Of a DNA stretch of 64,000 nt, positions 9,538 to 20,310 are shown one piece after another; within the stretch, counting starts at the first letter, position 1, and each line of letters opens with the position of its first letter. A model generated the notes under the pieces. That model did no database searches, had not been told where the DNA came from, and saw nothing but the letters and a program-made list of their open reading frames with translations. Origin of the DNA: an uncultured delta proteobacterium (GTDB lineage: Bacteria; Desulfobacterota; Binatia; Binatales; Binataceae); the NCBI GenBank assembly GCA_963724765.1, contig CAVRVY010000004.1, positions 1,184,001-1,248,000 of the forward strand, written 5' to 3'. The translations under genes were made by a program, and so were the position numbers.

Positions 9538-11472
9538 ATGACCGCAGTTAACGACTTTGAGCGCGTGATCAAGCAAGACCGGGCCTCGCGCGAATCGAAG
9601 CAGTGGCGCGGAACGCTGCTCGAATACTTCGAGATCGTGAAGGCCGATCCTACGTTCACCAAGCTTTCTCACGCGCGTGTCTATGACCTGATCATCTCGA
9701 GCGGCATGCATAATATCCAGGAAGCCGACGATCCGCGCACCAAACGGCTCTACAAGGACGAGCCGGTGAAGGTCTACCACTTCTTCGCCGACGAGTTCTT
9801 CGGTATCGAACGCACCATCGCTCAGCTCGTGCGCTACTTCCACTCGGCCTCGCTCAAGGGCGAGGAGAGCCGCCAGGTGCTGTACCTGATGGGCCCGGTG
9901 GGTTCGGGCAAGAGCTCGCTGGTCGAGCGCGTCCAGCGCGGCCTCGAGCAGGCGAGCCCCGTGTACGCGATCGAGGGCTGCCCGATGCATGAGGAGCCGC
10001 TGCATCTGGTCCCGCGCCACCTCAGGCGCGAATTCGAGAAGATGCTCGGCGTGCACATCGAGGGCGACCTGTGTCCGGTGTGCCGCTATCGGCTCAAGGA
10101 AGAGTTCGGACAGCGCTACGAGGAAGTGCCGATCGAAACCCGGAGCTTCTCCAAGCGCAACCGCATCGGAATTGGCGTGGTGCCGCCGGTCGATCCCAAC
10201 AACCAGGACACCTCGGTGCTGATCGGATCGGAGGACATCTCCAAGCTCGACCAGTACTCCGAGGGCGATCCGCGGGTGCTCGAGCTCAACGGCGCGCTCA
10301 ACGTCGGCAACCGCGGACTGGTCGAGTTCATCGAGGTGTTCAAGAACGAGACCGAGTATCTGCACGCGATGATCACGGCGACGCAGGAAAAAGTCATCCC
10401 GGCGCCCGGCCGCCATGGCATGGTCTACGTCGACACCTGCATCCTGGCCCACTCCAACGAGGCCGAGTGGCAAAAGTTCAAGGCCGACCACACCAACGAG
10501 GCGATCCTCGATCGTATCGTGGTAATCAAGGTGCCGTACAATTTGCGGCTGTCCGAGGAAGTGAAGATCTACCAGAAGATCATCCGTAACTCGGACTTCC
10601 GCGCCCACGTCGCGCCGCACACGCTGGAGCTGGCCTCGATGTTCGCGATCCTGTCGCGGCTCGAACCGACCTCCAAGTGCGATCTGATGACCAAGCTGCG
10701 CCTGTACAACGGCGAAGAAGTGGTCGAAAAGGGGCGGACCAAGAAGATCGACGTGGCGGAGCTCAAGGAAGACGCCAAGCGCGAAGGGATGTCGGGAATC
10801 TCGACCCGCTTCATCATGAAGGCGCTGGACAACGCGCTCTCCGACAACGTCAGCGGCAACTGCATCAATCCGATCAACGTGCGCGAGGCGCTGATCGGGA
10901 TGGTCAAGGAGGGCGATCTGCCCGACGACAGCCGCAAGCAGTACCTCGAGTTCCTCCAGGATACGTTACACAAGGAGTACCTCGATCTGCTCGAGAAGGA
11001 GATCACGCGCGCCTTTGTTTACTCCTACCAGGAGCAGGCCGAGGCGCTGTTCCAGAACTATCTCGACCACGCCGAGGCCTACGTCAACAAGACCAAGGTG
11101 CGCGACCGCAACACCAAGGAAGAGCTGCCGCCGGACGAGGGCTTCCTGAAATCGATCGAGGAGCAGATAGCGATCATCGGCTCGACCGCCGACGGTTTCC
11201 GCCAGGAAGTGATCGCATACCTGTGGTCGACCTCGCGGCGCGGTGAAAAAGTCAGCTACCGCAGCTACGAGCCGCTCAAAGAGGCGATCGAGAAGAAGCT
11301 TATGACCTCCGTGCGCGACATCTCGCGGATCATCACCAAGGCTCGCACGCGTGACGAGGAGCAGGCCGAGAAGTACGGCGCGATGGTGCGCAACCTGCTG
11401 GAGAACGGCTACTGCGAATCGTGCGTCGACGTGGTGCTCAAGTACGCCGCCAACAATCTCTGGAAAGATTGA
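9538..11472 (+). CDS. prkA: PrkA/YeaG family AAA+ serine protein kinase
   Basis: Walker A GPVGSGKS, CPMHEEPL, GNRGLVEFIE, HSNEAEW, GISTRF; AAGGAG RBS. Confidence 0.93.
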   Translation: MTAVNDFERVIKQDRASRESKQWRGTLLEYFEIVKADPTFTKLSHARVYDLIISSGMHNIQEADDPRTKRLYKDEPVKVYHFFADEFFGIERTIAQLVRYFHSASLKGEESRQVLYLMGPVGSGKSSLVERVQRGLEQASPVYAIEGCPMHEEPLHLVPRHLRREFEKMLGVHIEGDLCPVCRYRLKEEFGQRYEEVPIETRSFSKRNRIGIGVVPPVDPNNQDTSVLIGSEDISKLDQYSEGDPRVLELNGALNVGNRGLVEFIEVFKNETEYLHAMITATQEKVIPAPGRHGMVYVDTCILAHSNEAEWQKFKADHTNEAILDRIVVIKVPYNLRLSEEVKIYQKIIRNSDFRAHVAPHTLELASMFAILSRLEPTSKCDLMTKLRLYNGEEVVEKGRTKKIDVAELKEDAKREGMSGISTRFIMKALDNALSDNVSGNCINPINVREALIGMVKEGDLPDDSRKQYLEFLQDTLHKEYLDLLEKEITRAFVYSYQEQAEALFQNYLDHAEAYVNKTKVRDRNTKEELPPDEGFLKSIEEQIAIIGSTADGFRQEVIAYLWSTSRRGEKVSYRSYEPLKEAIEKKLMTSVRDISRIITKARTRDEEQAEKYGAMVRNLLENGYCESCVDVVLKYAANNLWKD

Positions 11473-11624
11473 GATTGGCGGCGCTCGGCGGCCAGGAGAA
11501 CATGTCTGAAATCCGCATTGCTGCGGCAGGCCGACGCTCGGGTCACGGTCGGGTGATGTAGTTAAACCGGGCGCGCGCGCCGTATAATTCGTAGCGGAGG
11601 AGGAGGAACCCGCGAGGACCGAAA

Positions 11625-12872
11625 ATGGCTCTCGAAAGCATCTTTCGCGAATACAGCCGCTCCGACGCGGAGCACTCCGACCGCTCGGCTGGCGATCGTG
11701 CGCGGCATCGCCAGAAGGTCCGCGAGTCGATCCGCGAAAATATCGCGGACATCATCGCGGAAGAATCGATCATCGGCAAAGACCGCGACCGCGTGATCAA
11801 GGTTCCGCTCCGCGGCATCAAGGAGTACCGCTTCATATACGGCGAGAACGCGCCCGGCGCTGGCCAGGGCCAGGGCGACACGCGCCCCGGCCAGGTCGTG
11901 GGCAAGACCGGCAAGGATGGCCAGGGCAAGGGCGACGGCCAGGCCGGCGACCGCCCCGGCATCGATTACTACGAGACCGATGTCACGCTAGACGAACTGA
12001 TCGAGATCATGTTCGAGGATCTCGAACTGCCCAATCTTGAGCGGCGCGCGCTGCGCCAGATTCCCTCCGACCGCTCCTTCAAGCGCAAGGGCTACCGGCA
12101 CGTCGGCATCCGTATCCGGCTCGACAAGCGGCGCACGGCGCGCCAGCGCGTGATGCGGATTCTCGCCGCGCGCCATCGCCATGCGGCCGAGCGCGCGCTC
12201 GAGGTGGCGGAGGCCGCGGAACTCGAGGCCGATACCGGCGGCGAGGAAGAAGAAGCGCAAGAGCGGCGCTTCCCCTTTCACCAGGACGATCTGCGCTACC
12301 GCCACGTCGAGACTGACACCAAGGAAGAGTCCAATGCGGTCGTGATGTGCATCATGGACACCTCGGGCTCGATGGACACGATGAAGAAGTATCTGGCGAG
12401 GAGCTTCTTCTTCATGCTCTACCAGTTCATCGCGACGCGCTATCGCAACGTCGAAATCGTCTTCATCGCCCATCATACGGAGGCCCGCGAGGTCACCGAG
12501 GAAGAGTTCTTTCACAAGGGCGAGGGCGGCGGTACCTTCATTTCATCGGGCTATTTGAAGGCGCTCGAGATCATCAACGAGCGCTACCATCCCTCGCTGT
12601 GGAACATCTACGCCTTTCACTGTTCCGACGGCGACAACTTCGACTCCGACAATCCGGCGGCGCTCAAGTCGGCCAAGGAATTGTCCGAGCTCTGTAACCT
12701 GTTCGGCTACGGCGAGATCAAACCGCTGGGATCGCGCTACTATGAATCGTCGATGCTCAACGTGTTCCGGCGGCTCGAGGCATCCAACTTCCACTCGGTG
12801 CTGATCGAACGCAAGGAGGACATCTGGCCCTCCTTCAAGGCCTTTCTCGCCAAAGATCGGATTAAAGAATAG
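11625..12872 (+). CDS. YeaH/YhbH (DUF444) vWA-type protein
   Basis: Gly-rich linker, MDTSGSM MIDAS motif, FIAHHTEA, FHCSDGDN, FGYGEI; follows prkA. Confidence 0.9.
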   Translation: MALESIFREYSRSDAEHSDRSAGDRARHRQKVRESIRENIADIIAEESIIGKDRDRVIKVPLRGIKEYRFIYGENAPGAGQGQGDTRPGQVVGKTGKDGQGKGDGQAGDRPGIDYYETDVTLDELIEIMFEDLELPNLERRALRQIPSDRSFKRKGYRHVGIRIRLDKRRTARQRVMRILAARHRHAAERALEVAEAAELEADTGGEEEEAQERRFPFHQDDLRYRHVETDTKEESNAVVMCIMDTSGSMDTMKKYLARSFFFMLYQFIATRYRNVEIVFIAHHTEAREVTEEEFFHKGEGGGTFISSGYLKALEIINERYHPSLWNIYAFHCSDGDNFDSDNPAALKSAKELSELCNLFGYGEIKPLGSRYYESSMLNVFRRLEASNFHSVLIERKEDIWPSFKAFLAKDRIKE

Positions 12873-12925
12873 TTCGAATTAAAGGATAGATCGGATCAAG
12901 GATATAGTTCAGACCGAAACCTAAG

Positions 12926-14356
12926 ATGGCGAACTACGAACTCAAGGACTTGGTCGAATGGGACGCGCGCATCCGCGACAAGGTCGCCGAGTTCGGGCTC
13001 AACTGCTTCACGCAGGAGTTCGAGCTGTGCGACCACTTCGGGATGCTCGGCTACATGGCGTACTCGGGGATGCCCTCGCATTACCCGCACTGGTCGTACG
13101 GCAAGTCCTACGAAAAGCTCAAGACGCTCTACGACCACGGGGTGAGCGGCCTGCCCTATGAGATGGTCATCAACTCCGACCCGGCGCTCGCCTACCTGAT
13201 GCGTGACAATACGCTGCTGCTCCAAATCCTGACCATCGCGCACGTTTACGGCCATAACGACTTCTTCAAGAACAATTTCACCTATCGCACTACCCGCGCC
13301 TCGCTGACCATCGAGCTGTTCAAGGCCCACGCGTTGCGCGTGCGGCATTACGCAGAGGATCCTTCCATCGGCGTCGACAAGGTCGAGCACGTTCTCGACG
13401 CGGCGCACGCGCTGAGCTGGCAATGCCGGCGCAACCTTGCGATCCGCAAGCTCAGCCACAACGAGCAGCTCGAACGCCTGGTGGAAGCGGCTCATCCCAA
13501 GACCGATCCCTTCCATCGCATCCATGCGCGCGAGGAGGTCCACGAGCCCGATATCCACAAGGTGCCGGTCGAGCCCGACGAGGACCTCCTGCTGTTCATC
13601 CGCGACCACAACCCGTTTCTCGCCGAATGGGAGAAGGACCTGCTGACCATCGTGGACGAGGAAGCGAAGTACTTTCTGCCGATGCTCGAGACCAAGATCA
13701 TGAACGAGGGATGGGCGAGCTACTGGCACAAGCGCATCGTGGAGTCGCTCGATCTCGAACAGGGCCTGCACCTGGAATTCATCGTGCGGCACAACCAGGT
13801 CGTCCGTCCGATACCCGGCCAGATCAATCCCTACTACCTCGGGTTCAAAATCTGGGAAGACATCTACCGCCGCCACACCAATCCGACGGCCGAGGAGATC
13901 AAGCGTGACGGCCCCCCGTCCAAGAACGGCGAAGCCAAGATCTTCGAGGTGCGCGAGGCCGAGCGCGACAGCTCCTTTCTGCGCCGTTTCCTGACCGAGG
14001 AATTGATGCGCGAGATGGACCTGTTCAAGTACGAGGCGCGCGGCGACGATTTGGTGGTCGACAAGGTCTCCGATGAAGAAGGCTGGCGCGAGGTCAAGGA
14101 CACGCTCATCCGCAACGTCGGCGCCAGCTCGATTCCCGTGATCAAGGTCGAGGACGCCGACTTCGGCCAGAACCGCACGCTGTACCTCAAGCACAGTCAT
14201 GACGGCCGCGATCTCCAGCTCGAGTACGGCGAGAAAACGCTCGCCTACGTGGCCCGCCTGTGGGGACGCGAGGTCGTGCTTGAGACCACGCTGCAGGGCA
14301 AGCGCTCGCTGCTCTGCTACAACGAGCGGGGCTTCTCGATGCGCGCGTTGAAGTAG
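12926..14356 (+). CDS. SpoVR/YcgB family protein
   Basis: YPHWSYGK, YEMVINSDP, HVYGHNDFFKNN, TKIMNEGWASYWH. Confidence 0.92.
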   Translation: MANYELKDLVEWDARIRDKVAEFGLNCFTQEFELCDHFGMLGYMAYSGMPSHYPHWSYGKSYEKLKTLYDHGVSGLPYEMVINSDPALAYLMRDNTLLLQILTIAHVYGHNDFFKNNFTYRTTRASLTIELFKAHALRVRHYAEDPSIGVDKVEHVLDAAHALSWQCRRNLAIRKLSHNEQLERLVEAAHPKTDPFHRIHAREEVHEPDIHKVPVEPDEDLLLFIRDHNPFLAEWEKDLLTIVDEEAKYFLPMLETKIMNEGWASYWHKRIVESLDLEQGLHLEFIVRHNQVVRPIPGQINPYYLGFKIWEDIYRRHTNPTAEEIKRDGPPSKNGEAKIFEVREAERDSSFLRRFLTEELMREMDLFKYEARGDDLVVDKVSDEEGWREVKDTLIRNVGASSIPVIKVEDADFGQNRTLYLKHSHDGRDLQLEYGEKTLAYVARLWGREVVLETTLQGKRSLLCYNERGFSMRALK

Positions 14357-14389
14357 CGGGCCGCGTCTCGCGCGCTGCGGCACGCCGCG

Positions 14390-15718
14390 ATGGCCTCCTC
14401 CAGCGAAAAATTCGAAACCGGCCTGCGCATGATCCTCGAAGCCCTCGACGAGGCGGCGCGCGAAGACCACGCGCCGCTCAGCGCCAGTGCGATGCGCGCC
14501 GAATTGGAGCGCCTTGCGCTGATGCGCGGGCGGCCGGCCTTCTATCCCTACCTCGGCTCAGGCATCGGACGCGGCGCGCGCGCGATGCTCGCGGACGGGC
14601 GATGGGTGCTCGACTTCGCACTCGGCATTGGCGTCCATCTGTTCGGCCATGGCGACCCGGATCTGATCGCTACCGCGATTCGCGCTGCCGCCTCCGACCT
14701 GGTGATGCAGGGCAACCTGATTTTCAATCGCGAATACGGCGCGCTGATGGAGACGCTGCTGCGGCACGCGCCCGCCGGGATGGAAAACTGCTGGCTCGCG
14801 CTGTCCGGAGCCGACGCCAACGAGAACGCGCTCAAGCTCGTGCGCTACAAGCGCGCCGGACGTCCCGGCGTGATCGCGTTTCGCGGATGCTTTCACGGAC
14901 GGACCAGCGCGATGGCGGAAATCACCGACCGTCCGGACTACCGAATGGGCCAGCCGGCAACCTTCCCGGTGCACTATGTCCCCTTTTACGACCGCAACGA
15001 CCCCGACAGCATCGCCAAATCGCTAGCCGCGCTCCGCGACGCGATCGCGCGCGAGGGCGAGCGCGTAGCGGCCTTCATCGTCGAACTGGTGCAGGGCGAA
15101 GCCGGCTTCGTGACCGCACCACGCGAATTTTTCGTGGCGTTGTTCGAAGAATGCCGCCGCGCCGCGATCCCAATCTGGGCCGACGAGGTGCAGACCTTCG
15201 CCCGCACGGGTGAACTGTTCGCAACCGACCTGCTCAAGCTTGCCGACTATGTCGACGTCATCACCATCGGCAAGGTCTTCCAGGGCAGCGCCGTACTGCA
15301 TCGGCGCGACTTCGCGCCCGACCCCGCGCTCATCTCGGGAACTTACTCGGGCGCGACCGTGCCGATGGCGGTCGCGCGGCGGATGATCGAGCGAATGTTT
15401 GAAGGTGGAATGTTCGGGCCGCAGGGGCGCGAGCGCGAACTGGAGCGGCTGACGCGCGAGCATCTGCGCATACTTGCCGAGCGCCATCCCGGCGTGGTCT
15501 CCGAGATCGACGGCGTGGGCGCGATGCTGTCATTTAGGGTCGGTGATGGAGCGCTTGAAACCACGCGGGCTTTCATCCGGCGATGCTTCGACGCGGGGCT
15601 GGTGCTCTACTACGGCGGGCACGAGCCGGCATGCGTGCGGCTCTTTGTGCCGGCGGCGGTCGTGACCAACGACGAACTCACTGACGCGTTCACTATCCTC
15701 GACCGCTGCATGGATTGA
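14390..15718 (+). CDS. Class III PLP-dependent aminotransferase
   Basis: SGADANENALK, FHGRT, ELVQGEAG, ADEVQT, TIGK. Confidence 0.85.
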   Translation: MASSSEKFETGLRMILEALDEAAREDHAPLSASAMRAELERLALMRGRPAFYPYLGSGIGRGARAMLADGRWVLDFALGIGVHLFGHGDPDLIATAIRAAASDLVMQGNLIFNREYGALMETLLRHAPAGMENCWLALSGADANENALKLVRYKRAGRPGVIAFRGCFHGRTSAMAEITDRPDYRMGQPATFPVHYVPFYDRNDPDSIAKSLAALRDAIAREGERVAAFIVELVQGEAGFVTAPREFFVALFEECRRAAIPIWADEVQTFARTGELFATDLLKLADYVDVITIGKVFQGSAVLHRRDFAPDPALISGTYSGATVPMAVARRMIERMFEGGMFGPQGRERELERLTREHLRILAERHPGVVSEIDGVGAMLSFRVGDGALETTRAFIRRCFDAGLVLYYGGHEPACVRLFVPAAVVTNDELTDAFTILDRCMD

Positions 15719-15748
15719 GCGGCGCCCCGGCGCGAAGGAAGTTGGCTC

Positions 15749-17110
15749 TCAGAGCTGTGCTGCGGGCGGCAGCGCGTCGAACGCCAGAACTTCCTCGCAC
15801 CATCGTGCGACGCTCAGCAGGCGGCCCTCATCGAGCGCAGCGCCGGTAAGCTGGATCGATATCGGCAATCCCGAGGGCGCGAGCGCGCAGGGCAGCGCGA
15901 TCACGGGATGGCCGCTTAAGCTCCACGGCAGGTTGAACGAGGGATCGCCGGTCGCGCCGATTCCGGCCGGCGCGGGCGCTGGCGTAGCAGGGGTCAAAAT
16001 CGCGTCGAAGCGCGCGAGCACATGATCGACCTCGCGGCGAAAGCGCGTCTGCACCTCGAGCGCGCGGATATATTCCCAGGCCGGGGTGTCGAGGCCGCGC
16101 TCGACGTACTCGCGAATCTTCGGCCCGTATAGATCCTTCTTCCCCGCGAAGCGCTCGCGATGGACCTCGGCGGCCTCGGCGCATAACTCGAGCATCGTGT
16201 TCGCCGTGATGTAAGCGAAACTCGGCGGCTCGTCGACGGTTTCGATCCGCGCACCGGCATCGGCGAACCTGGCGATGGCCCCGGCGACGGCGGACCGCGT
16301 CTGCTCGCCCGCGCGATCGTCGAACGCCTTCGGCATCAGCGCGATTCGGAGCCCCTCTGCCGGCTGCGCCGCAGCGTGAATATAGTCGTCGATCGCGACG
16401 GCAAGGCTAACCGGGTCGCGCGGATCCTCCCCGGCCATCGCCTGGAGCATCGCGGCCGCGTCGGCGACCGAGCGCGCGAAGATCCCGACGTGATCGAGAC
16501 TCGGCGCCAGCGGCAACATTCCATAGCGGCTGATTCGTCCGTAGCTCGGTTTCATCCCGACGACGCCGCAGTATGCGGACGGGCGGATGGTCGAGCCAAC
16601 GGTTTGCGAACCGATCGCCGCATAACACATCCGCGCCGCCACCGCGGCGCCCGATCCGCTGCTGGAGCCACCGGGAGTGTGCTCGAGATTCCACGGGTTG
16701 CGTGTGGCGGCCGGATCCAACAGCGCGAATTCGGTGGTGGCGAGCTTGCCCAGGATGATCGCGCCGGCGCGTTTAAGCCGCGCCACCGCCTCGGCGTCGT
16801 AGTCGGGAACGTAGCCGGCGAGCGCCTTCGAGCCACCCTCGGTTGCGAGCCCGGCGGTATAGAAGATGTCCTTGATCCCGACCGGCACGCCGTGGAGCGG
16901 CCCGCGAAAGCGCCCCTCGCGCGCTTCGCGGTCCAACTCGGCCGCGGCGCTGCGCGCCCGCGCGCGATCGATCCCGACCCAGGCCTTGATCGCGCCGTCG
17001 ATCCGATCAATGCGTGCAAGCGACGCGTCGACCAATTCGACCGGCGAGAGCTTGCGCTCGCGGACAAGGCGGGCCGCCTCCGTGAGCGTGAGCGCGTACG
17101 GTTGTGCCAT
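15749..17110 (-). CDS. Amidase-signature family amidase
   Basis: GIKDI, GKLATTEFA, GGSSSGSGAA, SQTVGSTIRPSAYCG. Confidence 0.9.
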   Translation of the reverse strand: MAQPYALTLTEAARLVRERKLSPVELVDASLARIDRIDGAIKAWVGIDRARARSAAAELDREAREGRFRGPLHGVPVGIKDIFYTAGLATEGGSKALAGYVPDYDAEAVARLKRAGAIILGKLATTEFALLDPAATRNPWNLEHTPGGSSSGSGAAVAARMCYAAIGSQTVGSTIRPSAYCGVVGMKPSYGRISRYGMLPLAPSLDHVGIFARSVADAAAMLQAMAGEDPRDPVSLAVAIDDYIHAAAQPAEGLRIALMPKAFDDRAGEQTRSAVAGAIARFADAGARIETVDEPPSFAYITANTMLELCAEAAEVHRERFAGKKDLYGPKIREYVERGLDTPAWEYIRALEVQTRFRREVDHVLARFDAILTPATPAPAPAGIGATGDPSFNLPWSLSGHPVIALPCALAPSGLPISIQLTGAALDEGRLLSVARWCEEVLAFDALPPAAQL

Positions 17111-17158
17111 CGCCTCTTTCCTCAATGGCTCCGTTGCTTCAGTGCGTCGGGTGCCGTC

Positions 17159-17932
17159 TCATTTCTTGCCCTTGAGATGCGTGTCGAAGTACGCCGCCAT
17201 CTTGGGCCACAGCTCGAAGGCCGCCTTCTCGCGGTAGCTCGGCCGGTAGTCGGCGAAGAACGCGTGGCCGGCATTCTTGAACATGTCGATGGTGAAGGTC
17301 TTGCCAGCCTGCTGCAGGCGCTGACGCAACACCTCGACCTGTGCGGGCGAGGGACTTGCGTCTTCCTCGCCGCAGACCGCGTAGAGCGGGCAACCGAGGC
17401 GCGCCACCAGGTCGACGATCGGCGTGGGACGCTGCGGCGTGACGGGCGCCGCGTCGGCGGTGATGCCGCCTCCCCAGCAATCGATCGCCGCGCTCAACCG
17501 GTTGCTGCTGCACGCATAGAGCAGCGTGGTGCGCCCGCCCATGCAGAATCCGACGCAGCCGATTTTGCCGGTCATCCCGGGCTGCGCCGCGAGCAGGTCG
17601 GCGGCCTGGTCGAGATCGCGCACCAGTTGCGCGTCGGGCAGCGCCAGCATCCGGCTGAGCACGATGTTCATGGGGTCTTCGGGCTTGGGCGCCCCGACCC
17701 GCGTATAGAGGTCGGGCGCGAGGGCGATGTAGCCGAGGCTGGCGAAGCGCCGCGCCACGTCGCGAATATGCTCGATCACGCCCCAGGCCTCGTGAATCAC
17801 GATAATGCCGGGATAGGAGCCAGGCGCGCGCGGCCTAACCAGGTAGGCGTTGATCGCAGTGCCGTCGCTCTGGAAGGTCACGTCGCGTCCTTCCAGTCGT
17901 TCGGGATTGGTTACTTGTCCTGCCAGTGCCAT
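17159..17932 (-). CDS. Dienelactone hydrolase family protein
   Basis: IHEAWG, ALAPDLY, GFCMGG nucleophile, AGHAF. Confidence 0.9.
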   Translation of the reverse strand: MALAGQVTNPERLEGRDVTFQSDGTAINAYLVRPRAPGSYPGIIVIHEAWGVIEHIRDVARRFASLGYIALAPDLYTRVGAPKPEDPMNIVLSRMLALPDAQLVRDLDQAADLLAAQPGMTGKIGCVGFCMGGRTTLLYACSSNRLSAAIDCWGGGITADAAPVTPQRPTPIVDLVARLGCPLYAVCGEEDASPSPAQVEVLRQRLQQAGKTFTIDMFKNAGHAFFADYRPSYREKAAFELWPKMAAYFDTHLKGKK

Positions 17933-18170
17933 GATGCGTTCCTCCTTGGAATCAACCGAACGGCGCGCCGCGCCGCATCACCTGAATTTTTTGCCCGATC
18001 CTCTTCGTACCCAATAGCGCATTTTGCCGAGGCGGGGCTAATGCTCTTGCAGCGGCGAGTCGCTTCGCACCGCATCCGGGACTGTCTGAATTGCGCACCG
18101 AATCCGCACGAATCTGCCGGAAAGATCAATCTCTTGTTCAGGCGAGTTCCGGCTGATAGCCCTTGTTGCC

Positions 18171-19547
18171 ATGTTCGCAGCCAAGTCCGGCAGCGCACGC
18201 GGCCAGGCACGCGCCGCGTACATCGTCGCGGCCGTATGTCTTGGCGCGGCGATCGTGGTTCCCGCACTTTTCGGCGGGCGCGCCGAGCGGATTTATCGCG
18301 ATACTATCGCGCAACTGGCCGGTGCGGGCCGTGCCGTTAGCCTCGACTCCTATCGGCGCGGATGGTTCTCCTCGCAAGCCATCGTCACCGTCGCGGCGGG
18401 CCGCGGCTCGATAACCTTCGTGCAGCACGTGCATCACGGCCCGTTCGGATTTTACAACGGATGGCACGTCGCATTTCCGGTCGCGGCGATCGTCGATACC
18501 GATCCACCGCCCACACTGCAGAGCAATCTCGACAAGATCTTCGGTGATGCGCCGATAGTCATTTCGACGGTCGTCTGGATGGGCGGCACGCTCGATACTT
18601 ACATCTCACGCGCCGCAACCGAGCGCGCCGACACGGCCCACAAGTTCGCCGCCAAATTCGGCGGCTTCAACTCGGAAGTGCATCTGGCGCAGGACTTTTA
18701 CACCATTCGAGGCGACGCTCCCGCCATAACCGCCGCCGGCGCTTTCGGCGAAGCCGGGATGGCCGGCCTGACGATAAGCGGCGAGTCGCATCGCCACGCC
18801 GGCAGCGGACTGTGGCTCGGCTATGGCGCCTTCAACCTCGGTCGCTTTAACTACAGCATCGTTGGCAGCGGCGCCCGCCCTTCGGCCAGCGGTCTGGTGC
18901 AGGACGTCGGCCTTTCCGCGCTCACCGAAATCAGGAATGGCCGGCTCGATGCACGTGAAACCGTATCGGTCGGCAATATAGCAGCCGGCGCCCTGAAACT
19001 GGGACCGATGAGCCTGAGGGCCGGAATCGACAACGTCGCACCGGAGCCGATCACACAATTCACCAATGCGCTCGCGTCGATTTCGCACTCGGCGTCCGAT
19101 CAACAGACGCGGTCGCGGATGCTTCAGGAAAAAATGGCCGATCTGTTCGTTGCGATAGTGAAAGAGTCGCCGGTTCTGTCTGTCGATCTGCACGCCGCCA
19201 GCCCCAATGGCGAGGCGGTGGGCAAGGCCACGCTCGGAATCTCTCCCGAGCTCGCCAATGATCCACTGATAAAGGCCGACAATCCTGATCGCAAGGGTAT
19301 GATCGCGCAAGCCTGGAAAAAGTACGGGCATGCGTCGGTCGAACTCGTCGCGCCGACCGGCTTTCTCGCGCAGTTGACAAAGGAGGATCAACTCAAGCAA
19401 CTCGAACAAAGCGGCATCCTCGACCGTGACGGCGCCAATTATGTCTGCCGCGCGAATTTCAAAGACGGCGGATGGCTGATCAACGGCCACAAGCTCAAAC
19501 TCCCGGCTCCGCCCGCTCGTCCCAACCTCACCAATCGCCATAGCTAA
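18171..19547 (+). CDS. DUF945/YdgA-family exported protein
   Basis: N-terminal TM, YRRGWFSSQA, HVHHGP, C-terminal INGH. Confidence 0.7.
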   Translation: MFAAKSGSARGQARAAYIVAAVCLGAAIVVPALFGGRAERIYRDTIAQLAGAGRAVSLDSYRRGWFSSQAIVTVAAGRGSITFVQHVHHGPFGFYNGWHVAFPVAAIVDTDPPPTLQSNLDKIFGDAPIVISTVVWMGGTLDTYISRAATERADTAHKFAAKFGGFNSEVHLAQDFYTIRGDAPAITAAGAFGEAGMAGLTISGESHRHAGSGLWLGYGAFNLGRFNYSIVGSGARPSASGLVQDVGLSALTEIRNGRLDARETVSVGNIAAGALKLGPMSLRAGIDNVAPEPITQFTNALASISHSASDQQTRSRMLQEKMADLFVAIVKESPVLSVDLHAASPNGEAVGKATLGISPELANDPLIKADNPDRKGMIAQAWKKYGHASVELVAPTGFLAQLTKEDQLKQLEQSGILDRDGANYVCRANFKDGGWLINGHKLKLPAPPARPNLTNRHS

Positions 19548-19677
19548 ACCCAAGCCTCACGTCGCCGTTACACATCGGCGCGTCGCTCAGGCGACGCCCC
19601 CTTACCTTGGCTGGCCGATTCGGGCAAGCTTTAGCGACGTTGGGGGGAGTGGCGCGGCCGCGAAGATCGAACCGCTG

Positions 19678-20310
19678 ATGCATCATCTCACGAACCCTGC
19701 CGAACTGTCCGACCTGCTCGCGACCTGGGGCTATCTCGGCATCTTTCTCTTTGTTTTTGTCGGCAACCTGGGAGTGCCGGTCCCGGAGGAGAGCGTGCTG
19801 ATCGCCGCGGGCTTTCTCGCCTCGCATGGCCTGCTCGATCTCGAATGGGTCTATGTGGTGGCGGTGGCGAGCGCGGTTACCGGCGACTGCTCCGGCTTCT
19901 TGATCGGACGCACGGGCGGCCAGCATCTGCTGGAGCGCCTCGCCGCGAGATTCGCGTTCGTGCGCCGGCGTATCGAGCAGCTGCGCCTGTTCTTTGATCA
20001 GCACGGCAGCAAAGCGGTCTTCATGGCGCGTTTCATCGCGGGCGCGCGCTTCCTGGCGGGACCGATGGCAGGGGCGGCGGGGATGCCTTTTTTGCGGTTT
20101 CTGGGATGGAATGTGACGGGGGCGCTCATCTGGTGCTCGCTCATGGTGACGATCGGGTACCTGGTGGGTGACGAGGTCTGGCGCGCAGTCGGGTTCGTCC
20201 ATTGGGGCGCGCGATGGATCGCGCTCGGCGCGGCGGTGATCTGTCTGGTCGTCTACCTGATTCACTGGTGGACGCATCAGACAGCGCCGGGCCCTGACGC
20301 GCGCGCCTGA
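19678..20310 (+). CDS. DedA family membrane protein
   Basis: GVPVPEESVLIAAG, GDCSGFLIGR, ARFIAGARF, AG..GMPFLRF. Confidence 0.9.
   Translation: MHHLTNPAELSDLLATWGYLGIFLFVFVGNLGVPVPEESVLIAAGFLASHGLLDLEWVYVVAVASAVTGDCSGFLIGRTGGQHLLERLAARFAFVRRRIEQLRLFFDQHGSKAVFMARFIAGARFLAGPMAGAAGMPFLRFLGWNVTGALIWCSLMVTIGYLVGDEVWRAVGFVHWGARWIALGAAVICLVVYLIHWWTHQTAPGPDARA

Noticed and set aside
9538-14356. Sporulation locus
   Set aside because: PrkA, YhbH and SpoVR families are widespread in non-sporulators; no other spo genes here
9520-14470. Long antisense ORFs (9520-10620, 12896-14470) opposite prkA and the SpoVR gene
   Set aside because: Shadow frames typical of high-GC coding DNA; the sense strand carries the family motifs
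16376-18340. 654-aa plus-strand ORF
   Set aside because: Overlaps the amidase and dienelactone hydrolase antisense and has no motifs
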